From: a virus
Strand: one strand, 5' to 3'
Length of the DNA stretch: 32,900 bases
IMG/VR virus record: IMGVR_UViG_3300017733_000025
Below the pieces are notes generated by a model. The model worked only from the letters and a program-made list of their open reading frames with translations, was not told the origin of the DNA and made no database searches. This document shows, piece by piece, positions 8,456 to 16,319 of the stretch; positions within the stretch are counted from its first letter, which is position 1, and every line of letters starts with the position of its first letter. The position numbers were made by a program, and so were the translations under genes.

Positions 8456-10115
8456 TATCAGCTAATCTTTGTTGGTATTCCTCATGAGTAGAACACGGCA
8501 TATAAATTAAATTTCCGTCATCGTCGTGAGTATGCGTACCCGAGCAACCTAATTCCTCTGCCCTATCACGCGCCTCCTCAATTGTTGTAAATTCATCTTT
8601 TCCAACTTGCTCTTTATATCGTTCTTCTCCGAATCTATGTATTTGAGCCAATCTACTCTCCGCCAATTCTCTTGTTGGATAGCAACCAAATGAACGCGTT
8701 TCGTTATCGTTATACACGCAATAGACGTCTTTGCCGTCATCATCTTTTTCTTTTTTGATTATTTTATATTCTGCTGATTTTGTATTTTTATCAATCCAAG
8801 CATTTACTAAAGAACTAACTTCTACTTGAGATTCATCTTGCGGAGTATCTCCAAGCTCATCTTTTTTAATTTGCATTGTAGAGATATTCATTAAATAAAC
8901 GTCATGAGAATTGTCCGTTGGTAATCCTACCGCCCGTCTTGCCTCGCCTACGGTTGCCCAACCGCCCTGTACGGCGACGTTCATTCTATTATATAGTTGA
9001 TCAACGTCCGTTTGTAATGCTCTTACTTTGCTAATGTCATATTCACAAGACATATTTTCTGCGTCGGGGTAATTAATTTTTAATAATTGATTTTCTAATT
9101 CTTGTGCAACTTGTCGCCATAGAGGAATTAAAGTATTTTCGGTAAATGCCTCTCTCAATTCTTTTGCGTTAGAATATGTTCCGTTTTCTAATCCTACTTG
9201 AAGACCGCTAAGAATTGCGGGAACGCCAAGCACCGCACTAATTCTTGATTCAGGAATTTGTCTAAGCATTCCAATGTCTAAATCTTTCGGACTAAATGAC
9301 ATTTTTTCAACTTTCATTGACCCCGATAAAATTAAAGGTAATCCTCTTTGAGATCCCCCTACCTTTTTCTGATACGTTCTTGAGATTTGCTCCGCCTCCT
9401 CCTCGCTAAGCCCAAAATCATCAGTTGGAGAAAGTATTACGCTTGGAACACCCATGTTGGATAATAACGCCGTTGATAATTGTCCCGCGCTTTCATCTCC
9501 ATATACTTCTCTTAAAACCGTTTTAATTGGAGCCAACCCTGATTTGTGGTCGTCGGGATCTATTCCAAATCTAATATGAATTATGTCCTCTCTTGGTATT
9601 AATACTTTTTTGTCTTGCATTTCATACTCATAAGAGGTTATTAATGTTTCCTTTGTCCCCTGCGGAGATACATATTGTGGCATTAACGGAAGTAATGCAA
9701 TTACTTGACCCGCATTATTTTTTTGTTTTAAAATATATGCGTCGCCCATAACCGACGTTGCTGTAATGATATAACTAGCTAACAAATCTCCCGTCATAAA
9801 TTCATTCGGATAAACTAATAATTTCTCTAATGGGTGGTTTGGAACGTACTCTATTTCTCCGTCTTCATTTGTTGTATTGACAACTAATCTTGCCTCTGCG
9901 AATGATCGGGATAATACATTTAAACATGAAGTAACTGCTGAATTGCTTTGGCCTGATCCTAAGCTATTAATATCAAATAATCCCGCTTTGGAACTATACC
10001 CCTGCATATACCCGCTTGAACTAACGGGGTAATCATCTGCGAAAAAATTATAACGTTTTCTTTGAGTATCGCGCCTAAATATAATGTCGCTTAATTTACG
10101 TCTTTCTTGAGCCAA
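8442..10115 (-). CDS. Portal protein (HK97-family-like) with a C-terminal Cys/His-rich extension
   Basis: 557 aa, directly after the large terminase. TTG start preceded by AGAGGA. The core is portal-like and the last ~110 aa are an add-on. Confidence 0.85.
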   Translation of the reverse strand: MAQERRKLSDIIFRRDTQRKRYNFFADDYPVSSSGYMQGYSSKAGLFDINSLGSGQSNSAVTSCLNVLSRSFAEARLVVNTTNEDGEIEYVPNHPLEKLLVYPNEFMTGDLLASYIITATSVMGDAYILKQKNNAGQVIALLPLMPQYVSPQGTKETLITSYEYEMQDKKVLIPREDIIHIRFGIDPDDHKSGLAPIKTVLREVYGDESAGQLSTALLSNMGVPSVILSPTDDFGLSEEEAEQISRTYQKKVGGSQRGLPLILSGSMKVEKMSFSPKDLDIGMLRQIPESRISAVLGVPAILSGLQVGLENGTYSNAKELREAFTENTLIPLWRQVAQELENQLLKINYPDAENMSCEYDISKVRALQTDVDQLYNRMNVAVQGGWATVGEARRAVGLPTDNSHDVYLMNISTMQIKKDELGDTPQDESQVEVSSLVNAWIDKNTKSAEYKIIKKEKDDDGKDVYCVYNDNETRSFGCYPTRELAESRLAQIHRFGEERYKEQVGKDEFTTIEEARDRAEELGCSGTHTHDDDGNLIYMPCSTHEEYQQRLADNGES

Positions 10116-10222
10116 ATTTTCCTCTTTTCATATAGGCCACGAGAGGATTGAGAACGCACCAAAACCAACCCTCAAGCGACCAATTCTTTATATTTTTATA
10201 TTAGTCGCTATTTATATAATAT

Positions 10223-11491
10223 CTAATAAGCCTTAAATTTTCTAGCTTTGTTTATTTCTAATATTGCATAAGATAAAGCATCAACTTGGTCATCATGCTC
10301 CGCCTCAGGAAATTGTAATAATTCTCTTTGTAGATCATCAATCCATTTTGCGTTACGTTTAAAATAAACTTGGCCACCCTCCATTTTAGCCGATAAAGGC
10401 ATTGCGCGTGTGATTTTATCTCTATCTGCTTTTAATTCTCTAATTGCTATACCCTCTCGTCTAGCTAATTGAATCAATGCAATTTGAAACCCCGCTCTTT
10501 CAACGCCAATATAATCAAGCTCATGTTGGATCATTGTTCTCTTTAGTAACGGAATAATATCAGGCGCCTCAAGTCTTTCTCTAATCATATCTAAAACTAG
10601 AATGTCATTATCGGGAGTAATTCCAACTATACAAACAACGGTGTAGTCGCTTGTTTCTTTTGTTGTAGTCGCTAAATCAACCGTTGCTATTTTCTTTAAT
10701 TGGTCATCATGTATTCTTTTATTGTTTCCGTATTTATGCTCTAATTTATCAACATAGTAATTGTCGGCTCCAAGTATTGTTATTTTTTTAGAATCATAGA
10801 ATTTAAACCAATCTTCTTTGAATATTCCGCCCGATAGCTCAACAAAATTTGCCTCGTACTCTTGACTATATAAATACGATCCGATTTCTTTTCTTGCTAT
10901 TTCTAACTCTCCTAATGGGACAAATGGATTAGTTGCGCTTGATAGTTGCCACGAATCCCAATCCTCCAAATTCTGCGCGTCATGGTATAGCTTTTCAAAC
11001 CAATTAAAGCCTTTAGGAGTACTTATAAATAAAGCACCGCCCTGCCTTTCCGTTAATGTTGGCCTTACTACTTCCGCCCATGTATTAGGTTTCATAAATG
11101 CACATTCGTCTAAAACAACAAAATCTAAACCCGCGCCCCTTAATCTATCGGGATTGTCGGCCGATCTAATTGATACGGAACCACCAACAGGGGTTATAAT
11201 TGTTTTTTCGCTTTCCTTTACTTCAGTTCCGTATTCAATACCGATATTTCTTAAATCTTTCCAACCCTCCAAAGCCATTGCATAGGTTGGCGCAATCCAC
11301 CAAGCACGACCTCCATTCCAAGCTTTTTCTAAACAAAGCCATACGCCAAGTCTAGTTTTACCCCAACGTCGCCCCGCCGATAGTACTTTAAACCTAGAAT
11401 TGCTTTGAGCAACTAGCTTTTGGCCGTCATGTAAATATGGAAGTCTTACTTTATATTTTTGTTGTATTGATGATTTTATTTCGGTTTCCAT
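10223..11491 (-). CDS. terL: Terminase large subunit
   Basis: Walker A-like GRRWGKT, Walker B-like VVLDECAF, and a C-terminal nuclease-like region with acidic motifs. Canonical position. Confidence 0.9.
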   Translation of the reverse strand: METEIKSSIQQKYKVRLPYLHDGQKLVAQSNSRFKVLSAGRRWGKTRLGVWLCLEKAWNGGRAWWIAPTYAMALEGWKDLRNIGIEYGTEVKESEKTIITPVGGSVSIRSADNPDRLRGAGLDFVVLDECAFMKPNTWAEVVRPTLTERQGGALFISTPKGFNWFEKLYHDAQNLEDWDSWQLSSATNPFVPLGELEIARKEIGSYLYSQEYEANFVELSGGIFKEDWFKFYDSKKITILGADNYYVDKLEHKYGNNKRIHDDQLKKIATVDLATTTKETSDYTVVCIVGITPDNDILVLDMIRERLEAPDIIPLLKRTMIQHELDYIGVERAGFQIALIQLARREGIAIRELKADRDKITRAMPLSAKMEGGQVYFKRNAKWIDDLQRELLQFPEAEHDDQVDALSYAILEINKARKFKAY

Positions 11492-11641
11492 AATTATATT
11501 TTAAATGGCGCATAATATAAGCAATTTACAAAAATCACTAATACATACGCCAATATCATTTTATCTTTTTTATATCGTGAATTTCGGGATTTGTAATTAA
11601 TTCGTCATCTAAATCGTCAAGTATTATGTCGTCAAATATCA

Positions 11642-12070
11642 TTATTCCTCCTCTTGATCTATTACTATTTCTTTTTCTCTATCCAATGCTTGTCCGTCCG
11701 ACCATTCTAAATTGACTTCTACGGGTTTGTTTGGATCAAGATTAACGCTTAATCTATCTCTACGGCCGAACTTATCGGGATACTTGCGCTCTAATACCCA
11801 TGCGTCCGCCTGCCAATTACCCTCCTCTGCGACCTTTTCAATACGCGCTAAACGGCGCATAATGGCCTCTGATTCGGCTAGTTGGACTTCTTTCCAAAAT
11901 GATTTATAAGGCTCTATGTCCTTTTCGGCCTTTTGGCGCCATTTTCTAAATGTAGAGCTATCAATCCCCGCATAAAAGCAAGCGTGTTCTATATATGATC
12001 CAAGCCGTATTGCTTGTAATAATCGGGATCTAATCCCCTCGTCTATTAATTTATATGGTTTATTATTCAT
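11642..12070 (-). CDS. terS: Terminase small subunit (HTH type)
   Basis: 142 aa. N-terminal HTH-like segment (GIDSSTFRKWRQK) and ...ADAWVLERKYPDKFGRR, typical of small terminases. Upstream of terL. Confidence 0.7.
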   Translation of the reverse strand: MNNKPYKLIDEGIRSRLLQAIRLGSYIEHACFYAGIDSSTFRKWRQKAEKDIEPYKSFWKEVQLAESEAIMRRLARIEKVAEEGNWQADAWVLERKYPDKFGRRDRLSVNLDPNKPVEVNLEWSDGQALDREKEIVIDQEEE

Positions 12071-12089
12071 GCGCTCTTAATTATATTAA

Positions 12090-12123
12090 CAAAAATCCCC
12101 GCTTTAGTATCATTCGCGGGGAT
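12090..12123 (-). terminator. Intrinsic terminator at the end of the early/middle block
   Basis: 8-bp GC-rich stem (ATCCCCGC/GCGGGGAT), 13-nt loop, then UUUUU on the minus strand. Sited between the 160-aa gene and terS. Confidence 0.6.
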
Positions 12124-12144
12124 CTTTGCCGTACTATACGGAGG

Positions 12145-12627
12145 TTATATTTTTTCTATTGTTTTTTGGAATGTGATCATTGAATAATCTTTTTTTCTAA
12201 CGTTTAATAATTCAACTTTTGGCGCATATAATGTCCAATGTTTGTCGCCATTTTGCTCCTTATTATCCCAATCCCTTACTTGTACAAATAGCTTTCCGTT
12301 TTCAATTGTGTAATGATATTCCGTATCGCCATGTCTCATATATGTATTGTTTTCTGTATTTGAATCAGTTTCCAATGCAATTACTTGCAATTCATGTAAA
12401 TATGCTTGTGATCCAAATTGTTGCAATCCCCAAGCAGAAAATCTACTTGGAAAGCTTGTTGGTTGCATTCTTGCAATTGATCCAAATGTATTTTTACTTG
12501 ACTCCGCATGGCTCATAAATATACCTAAATACTCGCCCAATCCGTTTTTTACATATCCGTCATGGTGCTTGTATATAGAAATTGATTCCTCTGCGCCTTT
12601 TACTTGTATTGTTGCTCTAGTACTCAT
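12145..12627 (-). CDS. Hypothetical protein (160 aa)
   Basis: Long ORF with N-terminal ATIQV...IYKHHDGY pattern. Function unknown. Confidence 0.7.
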   Translation of the reverse strand: MSTRATIQVKGAEESISIYKHHDGYVKNGLGEYLGIFMSHAESSKNTFGSIARMQPTSFPSRFSAWGLQQFGSQAYLHELQVIALETDSNTENNTYMRHGDTEYHYTIENGKLFVQVRDWDNKEQNGDKHWTLYAPKVELLNVRKKDYSMITFQKTIEKI

Positions 12628-12665
12628 TCGTTCCCTTTCGTTAATTGTTTTCTTTTGTTTTTAAT

Positions 12666-12959
12666 TTATTTAATCTTTTCTTTATACCAAATGTCAAAAT
12701 CAGTAATACAATTTTTATGAATTGTATCAATCTCATCTTCGTACTTAAAATATGTTTTACTAGGAATTTCAACATTTACAGTATTATCAAAGTTTGTAAC
12801 TACATCAATTTTATTACCGTCATAACCGTTAGTTACTTCAAACATTTTTGTAATAGCAATATTAATTGGTGTTCTATCTTCTCTAAATTTAAAAGATATT
12901 GAAATAGTATCGTAACCAAATTCTTCTACTTTTTCTTTAATTGTTTTTTCGTTAGCCAT
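12666..12959 (-). CDS. Hypothetical protein (97 aa)
   Basis: ORF preceded by a GGGGAG SD and by promoter motif copy 2. Confidence 0.7.
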   Translation of the reverse strand: MANEKTIKEKVEEFGYDTISISFKFREDRTPINIAITKMFEVTNGYDGNKIDVVTNFDNTVNVEIPSKTYFKYEDEIDTIHKNCITDFDIWYKEKIK

Positions 12960-12988
12960 TTTGTGCTCCCCTATGTTTTACTGATCAC

Positions 12989-13016
12989 AAGTTAGCAATC
13001 TATGATTTAAATGCAA
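12989..13016 (-). promoter_or_regulatory. Conserved phage promoter motif, copy 2 (TTGCAT-N16-TAACTT)
   Basis: The minus strand reads TTGCATttaaatcatagattgcTAACTT. Confidence 0.5.
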
Positions 13017-13039
13017 GTATATTTTAAAGAAATTTTTAG

Positions 13040-13087
13040 GAAAAAGTCCCCGCGCTGTATTGCTATTGCTAGTTCTTAGCGCGGGGG
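13040..13087 (-). terminator. Intrinsic terminator-like hairpin
   Basis: 8-9 bp stem CCCCGCGC/GCGCGGGG with a ~23-nt loop, followed by ACUUUUU on the minus strand. Sited just upstream of promoter copy 2. Confidence 0.5.
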
Positions 13088-13116
13088 TCGTACTAACCAA
13101 ACGGGGAACGAATAGG

Positions 13117-13407
13117 TTAGTCGAAATATTTAAAACTTGTATGTATTTTAACAGATAATTCAACAAATTGTAGTGGGGATTCGCTTACAAATGGCTTTAC
13201 ATTGTATTCAAGCCCCGTTTGTACTAGATCGCTTACATGTTTTCCAACTTCTTTTGGATTATTTGACATTTCTTTTGTACAAATAAAAGATATTTCTACG
13301 GGAACGCGGATCATTCTTACCTTATTGTCTTTCATATCACGTTCAATACGCTTTTTATTTAATTCATTTTGGTGCATTATTGCCTTTCTAAATGACATTT
13401 TTTGCAT
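13117..13407 (-). CDS. Hypothetical protein (96 aa)
   Basis: ORF in the early operon. No motif recognised. Confidence 0.65.
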   Translation of the reverse strand: MQKMSFRKAIMHQNELNKKRIERDMKDNKVRMIRVPVEISFICTKEMSNNPKEVGKHVSDLVQTGLEYNVKPFVSESPLQFVELSVKIHTSFKYFD

Positions 13408-13586
13408 GTCATTATATAAACATCATCAACTAAAGTAAAAAATTCATTTTGTATTACATATTTTACGCCCATAAAATTTTTAAAAAACAATTTGGCGTTA
13501 CAAAGTCTGCAATATCTCCAACCGCTTAATATTTGATAAATACCTTTAGTTTGCATATTCTTTGTCCTTACATTCTCGGCATACAA
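13377..13586 (-). CDS. Zinc-ribbon mini-protein (likely starts at the internal Met, position 13556)
   Basis: Two CxxC pairs (CRLC ... CKKC). The internal ATG is preceded by AAGGA. Confidence 0.55.
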   Translation of the reverse strand: MYAENVRTKNMQTKGIYQILSGWRYCRLCNAKLFFKNFMGVKYVIQNEFFTLVDDVYIMTCKKCHLERQ

Positions 13587-13776
13587 ACAAATTTTTAAAA
13601 TTGCCTTTTAATATTATATAAACGCTTTCAATATCTTTATGAGCCATAGATCCGCAACTAAAACATGTGTGAAATAAATCACAATCACATCTCTCTAATG
13701 TCATTTTCTCCCCGTCTATGATTCCGCGAGAATATATTTTTGATTTACTCATTTTCTCTTTGCTCCAATGATTCAA
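13546..13776 (-). CDS. Zinc-ribbon mini-protein (likely starts at the ATG at 13752)
   Basis: Cys clusters CDCD...CFSC...CREC. The track start is TTG. The internal ATG is preceded by GGAGCAAAGAG. Confidence 0.6.
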   Translation of the reverse strand: MNHWSKEKMSKSKIYSRGIIDGEKMTLERCDCDLFHTCFSCGSMAHKDIESVYIILKGNFKNLFVCRECKDKEYAN

Positions 13777-13882
13777 GTAATTCTTTTGATAATCCGCCCT
13801 GCTTTTTAATTTTCTTTTTAAATATATAATCGCTTAGCCGATCATGGCGCCATAGTATAAATAACCGTTTTAATCTATTCAT
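13745..13882 (-). CDS. Possible 45-aa basic ORF (below the track threshold)
   Basis: The ATG abuts the stop of the upstream gene. Its stop overlaps the ATG of the next gene, so it fills an otherwise empty 106-nt gap. Confidence 0.35.
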   Translation of the reverse strand: MNRLKRLFILWRHDRLSDYIFKKKIKKQGGLSKELLESLEQRENE

Positions 13883-14107
13883 CTAAATGCTTTTCCAACA
13901 TTCATTGCAAGCCGTGTAATCTTTGCTTGTTAATGGAAACACAAAGCTTTTATTACACATAAAGCAATGGAATGATCTTATTTCTTTTGGCGTTTTATCA
14001 TTTTTAAAAATTAAATTTTTAACATAAAATAAAACATTGCTTGGGTTTTTGAATAAATGTTTTAATAATTCATTAAATAAAGAATTATTATTTTTTCTTA
14101 CGAACAT
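13883..14107 (-). CDS. Zinc-ribbon mini-protein (74 aa)
   Basis: CFMC ... CNEC pairs in the C-terminal half. Confidence 0.6.
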   Translation of the reverse strand: MFVRKNNNSLFNELLKHLFKNPSNVLFYVKNLIFKNDKTPKEIRSFHCFMCNKSFVFPLTSKDYTACNECWKSI

Positions 14108-14273
14108 TTTTTTTTCCTTTTTTTATAACGCCTAATTCAACAAAAGCGTCTTCAATGTCGTCAATAGAATTTATTTCATATATACTTTTTTTAATTTCTT
14201 TTCCGTCTCCGTCCATAAATACTATGTCAGGCATTATTACCCCCCGTTTCTTCTTCTTGTTTATACATAACAA
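14088..14273 (-). CDS. Hypothetical small acidic/basic protein (likely starts at the ATG at 14234, 48 aa)
   Basis: The internal Met (MPDIVF...) is preceded by a GGGGGG SD-like run. The longer form would overlap the 52-aa ORF. Confidence 0.5.
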   Translation of the reverse strand: MLCINKKKKRGVIMPDIVFMDGDGKEIKKSIYEINSIDDIEDAFVELGVIKKGKKNVRKKK

Positions 14274-14385
14274 GAATATCTAACCAATCATTTCCATAAC
14301 TATCAGTAAAACTATCTGACAAGTCATAGTTAAATATTACTTTTTTTTCTACTAATTTATCTAACTCTTTATAGAGTTCTTCCAT
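14227..14385 (-). CDS. Possible 52-aa acidic ORF (below the track threshold)
   Basis: MEELYKELDKL... Overlaps both neighbours by a few nt, consistent with the coupled packing of this operon. Confidence 0.4.
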   Translation of the reverse strand: MEELYKELDKLVEKKVIFNYDLSDSFTDSYGNDWLDILVMYKQEEETGGNNA

Positions 14386-14662
14386 TGTTACCCCCAATGT
14401 TTTCAAAAATTAATCTATACATTGCAACTTGTCCCCTATGATTATGTCCAATTATTTGACATGGTTTAGAGAATATTTTGTGGCCGTCTTTCTTTAGATC
14501 AATATTTATTCTTTGACTATACGTTGGGATAAACATTCTTTGAAATGTTGTACCACATACCCAACTATTAGCATTTTTTAAAGTATTTAGTATTCGTTGC
14601 TTTTGCGGTAATTCAGCGCTTGTATCAAATACTTGTTCTTGGCCTAACGACATTTGATTCAT
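14369..14662 (-). CDS. Putative winged-helix DNA-binding protein (97 aa)
   Basis: The pattern ...NSWVCGTTFQRMFIPTYSQRINIDLKKDGHKI... resembles wHTH proteins with a Y-x-x-R-I-x-x-L-(R/K)-x-x-G motif. Weak call. Confidence 0.4.
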   Translation of the reverse strand: MNQMSLGQEQVFDTSAELPQKQRILNTLKNANSWVCGTTFQRMFIPTYSQRINIDLKKDGHKIFSKPCQIIGHNHRGQVAMYRLIFENIGGNNGRTL

Positions 14663-14879
14663 TGTCCCCCTCTTTCCAATATTGCGGAGGATCTAAAATT
14701 AACCCCGCATTAATTTGTTTGTATATGTAATCTAAATCGGCGCCAAACGTACTCGGCGCGTCAAAAAATCCATATTTGTTAAGTACTTGAGCAATCCACA
14801 ACCCTAGTTGCGTTACTATACAGATCAAAGCTAAATACTTAAACATAGCTGTAAATAACCAAATTTCCCCGTAATTCAT
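14625..14879 (-). CDS. Small membrane protein (one predicted TM helix)
   Basis: Hydrophobic stretch YLALICIVTQLGLWIAQVL near the N-terminus. Confidence 0.55.
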   Translation of the reverse strand: MNYGEIWLFTAMFKYLALICIVTQLGLWIAQVLNKYGFFDAPSTFGADLDYIYKQINAGLILDPPQYWKEGDNESNVVRPRTSI

Positions 14880-15172
14880 GCTTGTCCCCTTTCGTCGCTA
14901 ATTACCGTCTCAAGCTTACTTGTGTTTGAATCGGCGTTTTTGTTTTTATAATTTTTATTATATAGATCAAACAATTGAGTTAATTCCTCTAGTTGATTCT
15001 CGTTTAAATCTAAAGAGAAATTGTCCCCGTCTTCGCTTTCTAAACGTATCTTAAAATATTTACGCTTTTTAATAAGCGTACGCTTTTTAGTAATACTGAA
15101 ATTAATGTTTAAACTATTTTCTACATCAACAACAATATTCGTTCCGAATGTATTTGTTATTCTTATTCTCAT
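14876..15172 (-). CDS. Hypothetical protein (98 aa)
   Basis: ORF with ATGA overlaps on both sides. Confidence 0.65.
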   Translation of the reverse strand: MRIRITNTFGTNIVVDVENSLNINFSITKKRTLIKKRKYFKIRLESEDGDNFSLDLNENQLEELTQLFDLYNKNYKNKNADSNTSKLETVISDERGQA

Positions 15173-15342
15173 AATTGATATTCTCCCCGTATGCTATTTT
15201 CTAACAAACAATTACTGCATACCGCAACTGCTTGTTCTTGCTTATTAGAGTAAATTGCGTTTGCAATCCCCCTATGCAAAGGCCGATCACAATTGTTGCA
15301 TTCGCCCTTTAATAAATTGTTTAAATATGTTTTTGATACCAT
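15169..15342 (-). CDS. Zinc-ribbon mini-protein (57 aa, below the track threshold)
   Basis: MVSKTYLNNLLKGECNNCD...AVCSNCL. The start abuts the previous stop and the stop overlaps the next ATG. Confidence 0.45.
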   Translation of the reverse strand: MVSKTYLNNLLKGECNNCDRPLHRGIANAIYSNKQEQAVAVCSNCLLENSIRGEYQL

Positions 15343-15582
15343 TTAAAAGTTTCTCCCTAATCTATCTTGCATTGATTCAAAAACGCTAGTTGGTGTTCTG
15401 CCCGTTTCAAAATTACAACATGGTGTCATAACGCTTGTATGTTGAAATTCAAATAGCATTAAAACTCTTTCATCATTATTTGGAAAAGAGCATTTGCCGT
15501 CGTGCATTTTAAAAGCATGTGTTGAAAATTCTTTTTTTGTAAATTGATCTAATTTAGATAGTTTTACTAATTTTTCTTTCAT
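15343..15582 (-). CDS. Hypothetical protein (79 aa)
   Basis: ORF in the coupled early operon. Confidence 0.6.
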   Translation of the reverse strand: MKEKLVKLSKLDQFTKKEFSTHAFKMHDGKCSFPNNDERVLMLFEFQHTSVMTPCCNFETGRTPTSVFESMQDRLGRNF

Positions 15583-16001
15583 TGGAGTCTTTCTAATCTT
15601 CTAATTTTGTCTTCTAATTCTTTTTGTACATCTTCAAAGATCCAATCTTCGTGAATGTCATTGCCCCAAATTGTACGGAGGTTTGTCTTTGGATCAAACG
15701 CCCAAGTCTTTTCTGTATTCCATGTTGATTTTGCGTTAATCTTAATCATGCCGTAATTTTCTTTTGTAATTTCATAGTTCATAACTCTTCTTTTTCCTAA
15801 ACTGTTTGTGTAATGATCTACAAAAATTTCTTTATTTTCTAAAGCGGTAAAATCTAAATTTTGATTAGTCATATAATTGATTAGCCATGAAGTAACTTTG
15901 TCAAAATTTCTGCCGTCTAGTTCATGTGATACGGATTTTCCGTTAATCTCATTAATTTCAATTTTGTAGTAATCCATTTTTTTTGTTCTCCCGTTTGTCA
16001 T
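15579..16001 (-). CDS. Hypothetical protein (140 aa, or 132 aa from the second ATG)
   Basis: The first ATG lies exactly 6 nt after the -10 box of promoter copy 3 (leaderless option). The second ATG (MDYYK) has a GGGAG SD. Confidence 0.7.
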   Translation of the reverse strand: MTNGRTKKMDYYKIEINEINGKSVSHELDGRNFDKVTSWLINYMTNQNLDFTALENKEIFVDHYTNSLGKRRVMNYEITKENYGMIKINAKSTWNTEKTWAFDPKTNLRTIWGNDIHEDWIFEDVQKELEDKIRRLERLQ

Positions 16002-16007
16002 GAGTTA

Positions 16008-16035
16008 AACTTACCAATCTATGATTTAATTGCAA
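16008..16035 (-). promoter_or_regulatory. Conserved phage promoter motif, copy 3 (TTGCAA-N16-TAAGTT)
   Basis: The minus strand reads TTGCAAttaaatcatagattggTAAGTT. Confidence 0.5.
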
Positions 16036-16064
16036 GTATTATTTCAAATTTTCTTGCTTTTCTT

Positions 16065-16313
16065 TTAGAATTGATCCTCCATTTCTTTTATAGTATCTAG
16101 TATTTCTTTTTTTAAGATATCTGTACGAATGTACTTTGTATTAATGTTTGTATTTGTATCTAACCAATCAATTACGTCAATCATGTTTAATTCTTCTTTT
16201 ACTAATGGATAATTTGTGTATCCGTTTTCTTCAACACCGCTCCATAATGCAATTACTGCGCTTTCGTATAATGTAAATTCTTTCATTGTTCCTCCGTTTG
16301 TCTTTGTTTTCAT
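16065..16313 (-). CDS. Hypothetical protein (82 aa), apparently leaderless
   Basis: The ATG lies exactly 6 nt after the -10 box of promoter copy 4, with no SD possible. Confidence 0.65.
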   Translation of the reverse strand: MKTKTNGGTMKEFTLYESAVIALWSGVEENGYTNYPLVKEELNMIDVIDWLDTNTNINTKYIRTDILKKEILDTIKEMEDQF

Positions 16314-16319
16314 AACATA

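Noticed and set aside
8549-8743. Same-strand nested ORFs inside larger genes (8549-8743 in the portal, 27337-27552 in paralogue 1, 28862-29131 in the Dit-like gene, 21719-22066 and 22422-22685 antisense to the phosphoesterase)
   Set aside because: They are out-of-frame or antisense inside confidently called genes, with no RBS and no recognisable motifs.
10116-10222. 107-bp terL-portal spacer with an 8-bp stem (GAGGGUUG/CAAUCCUC on the minus strand)
   Set aside because: It has no U-tract, no repeats elsewhere and no ORF. It is too weak to call a regulatory element.
13040-13116. ~77-nt structured segment that could have been a tRNA
   Set aside because: There is no T-arm GTTCRANYC-like motif, no 7-bp acceptor stem pairing of the ends, and no cloverleaf on either strand. 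It reads as two consecutive hairpins (terminator-like). I saw no tRNA anywhere, but I could not run a scanner.
12978-13166. 62-aa minus-strand ORF spanning the 12960-13116 intergenic region
   Set aside because: It runs straight through a terminator hairpin and promoter copy 2. The region is better explained as regulatory DNA.
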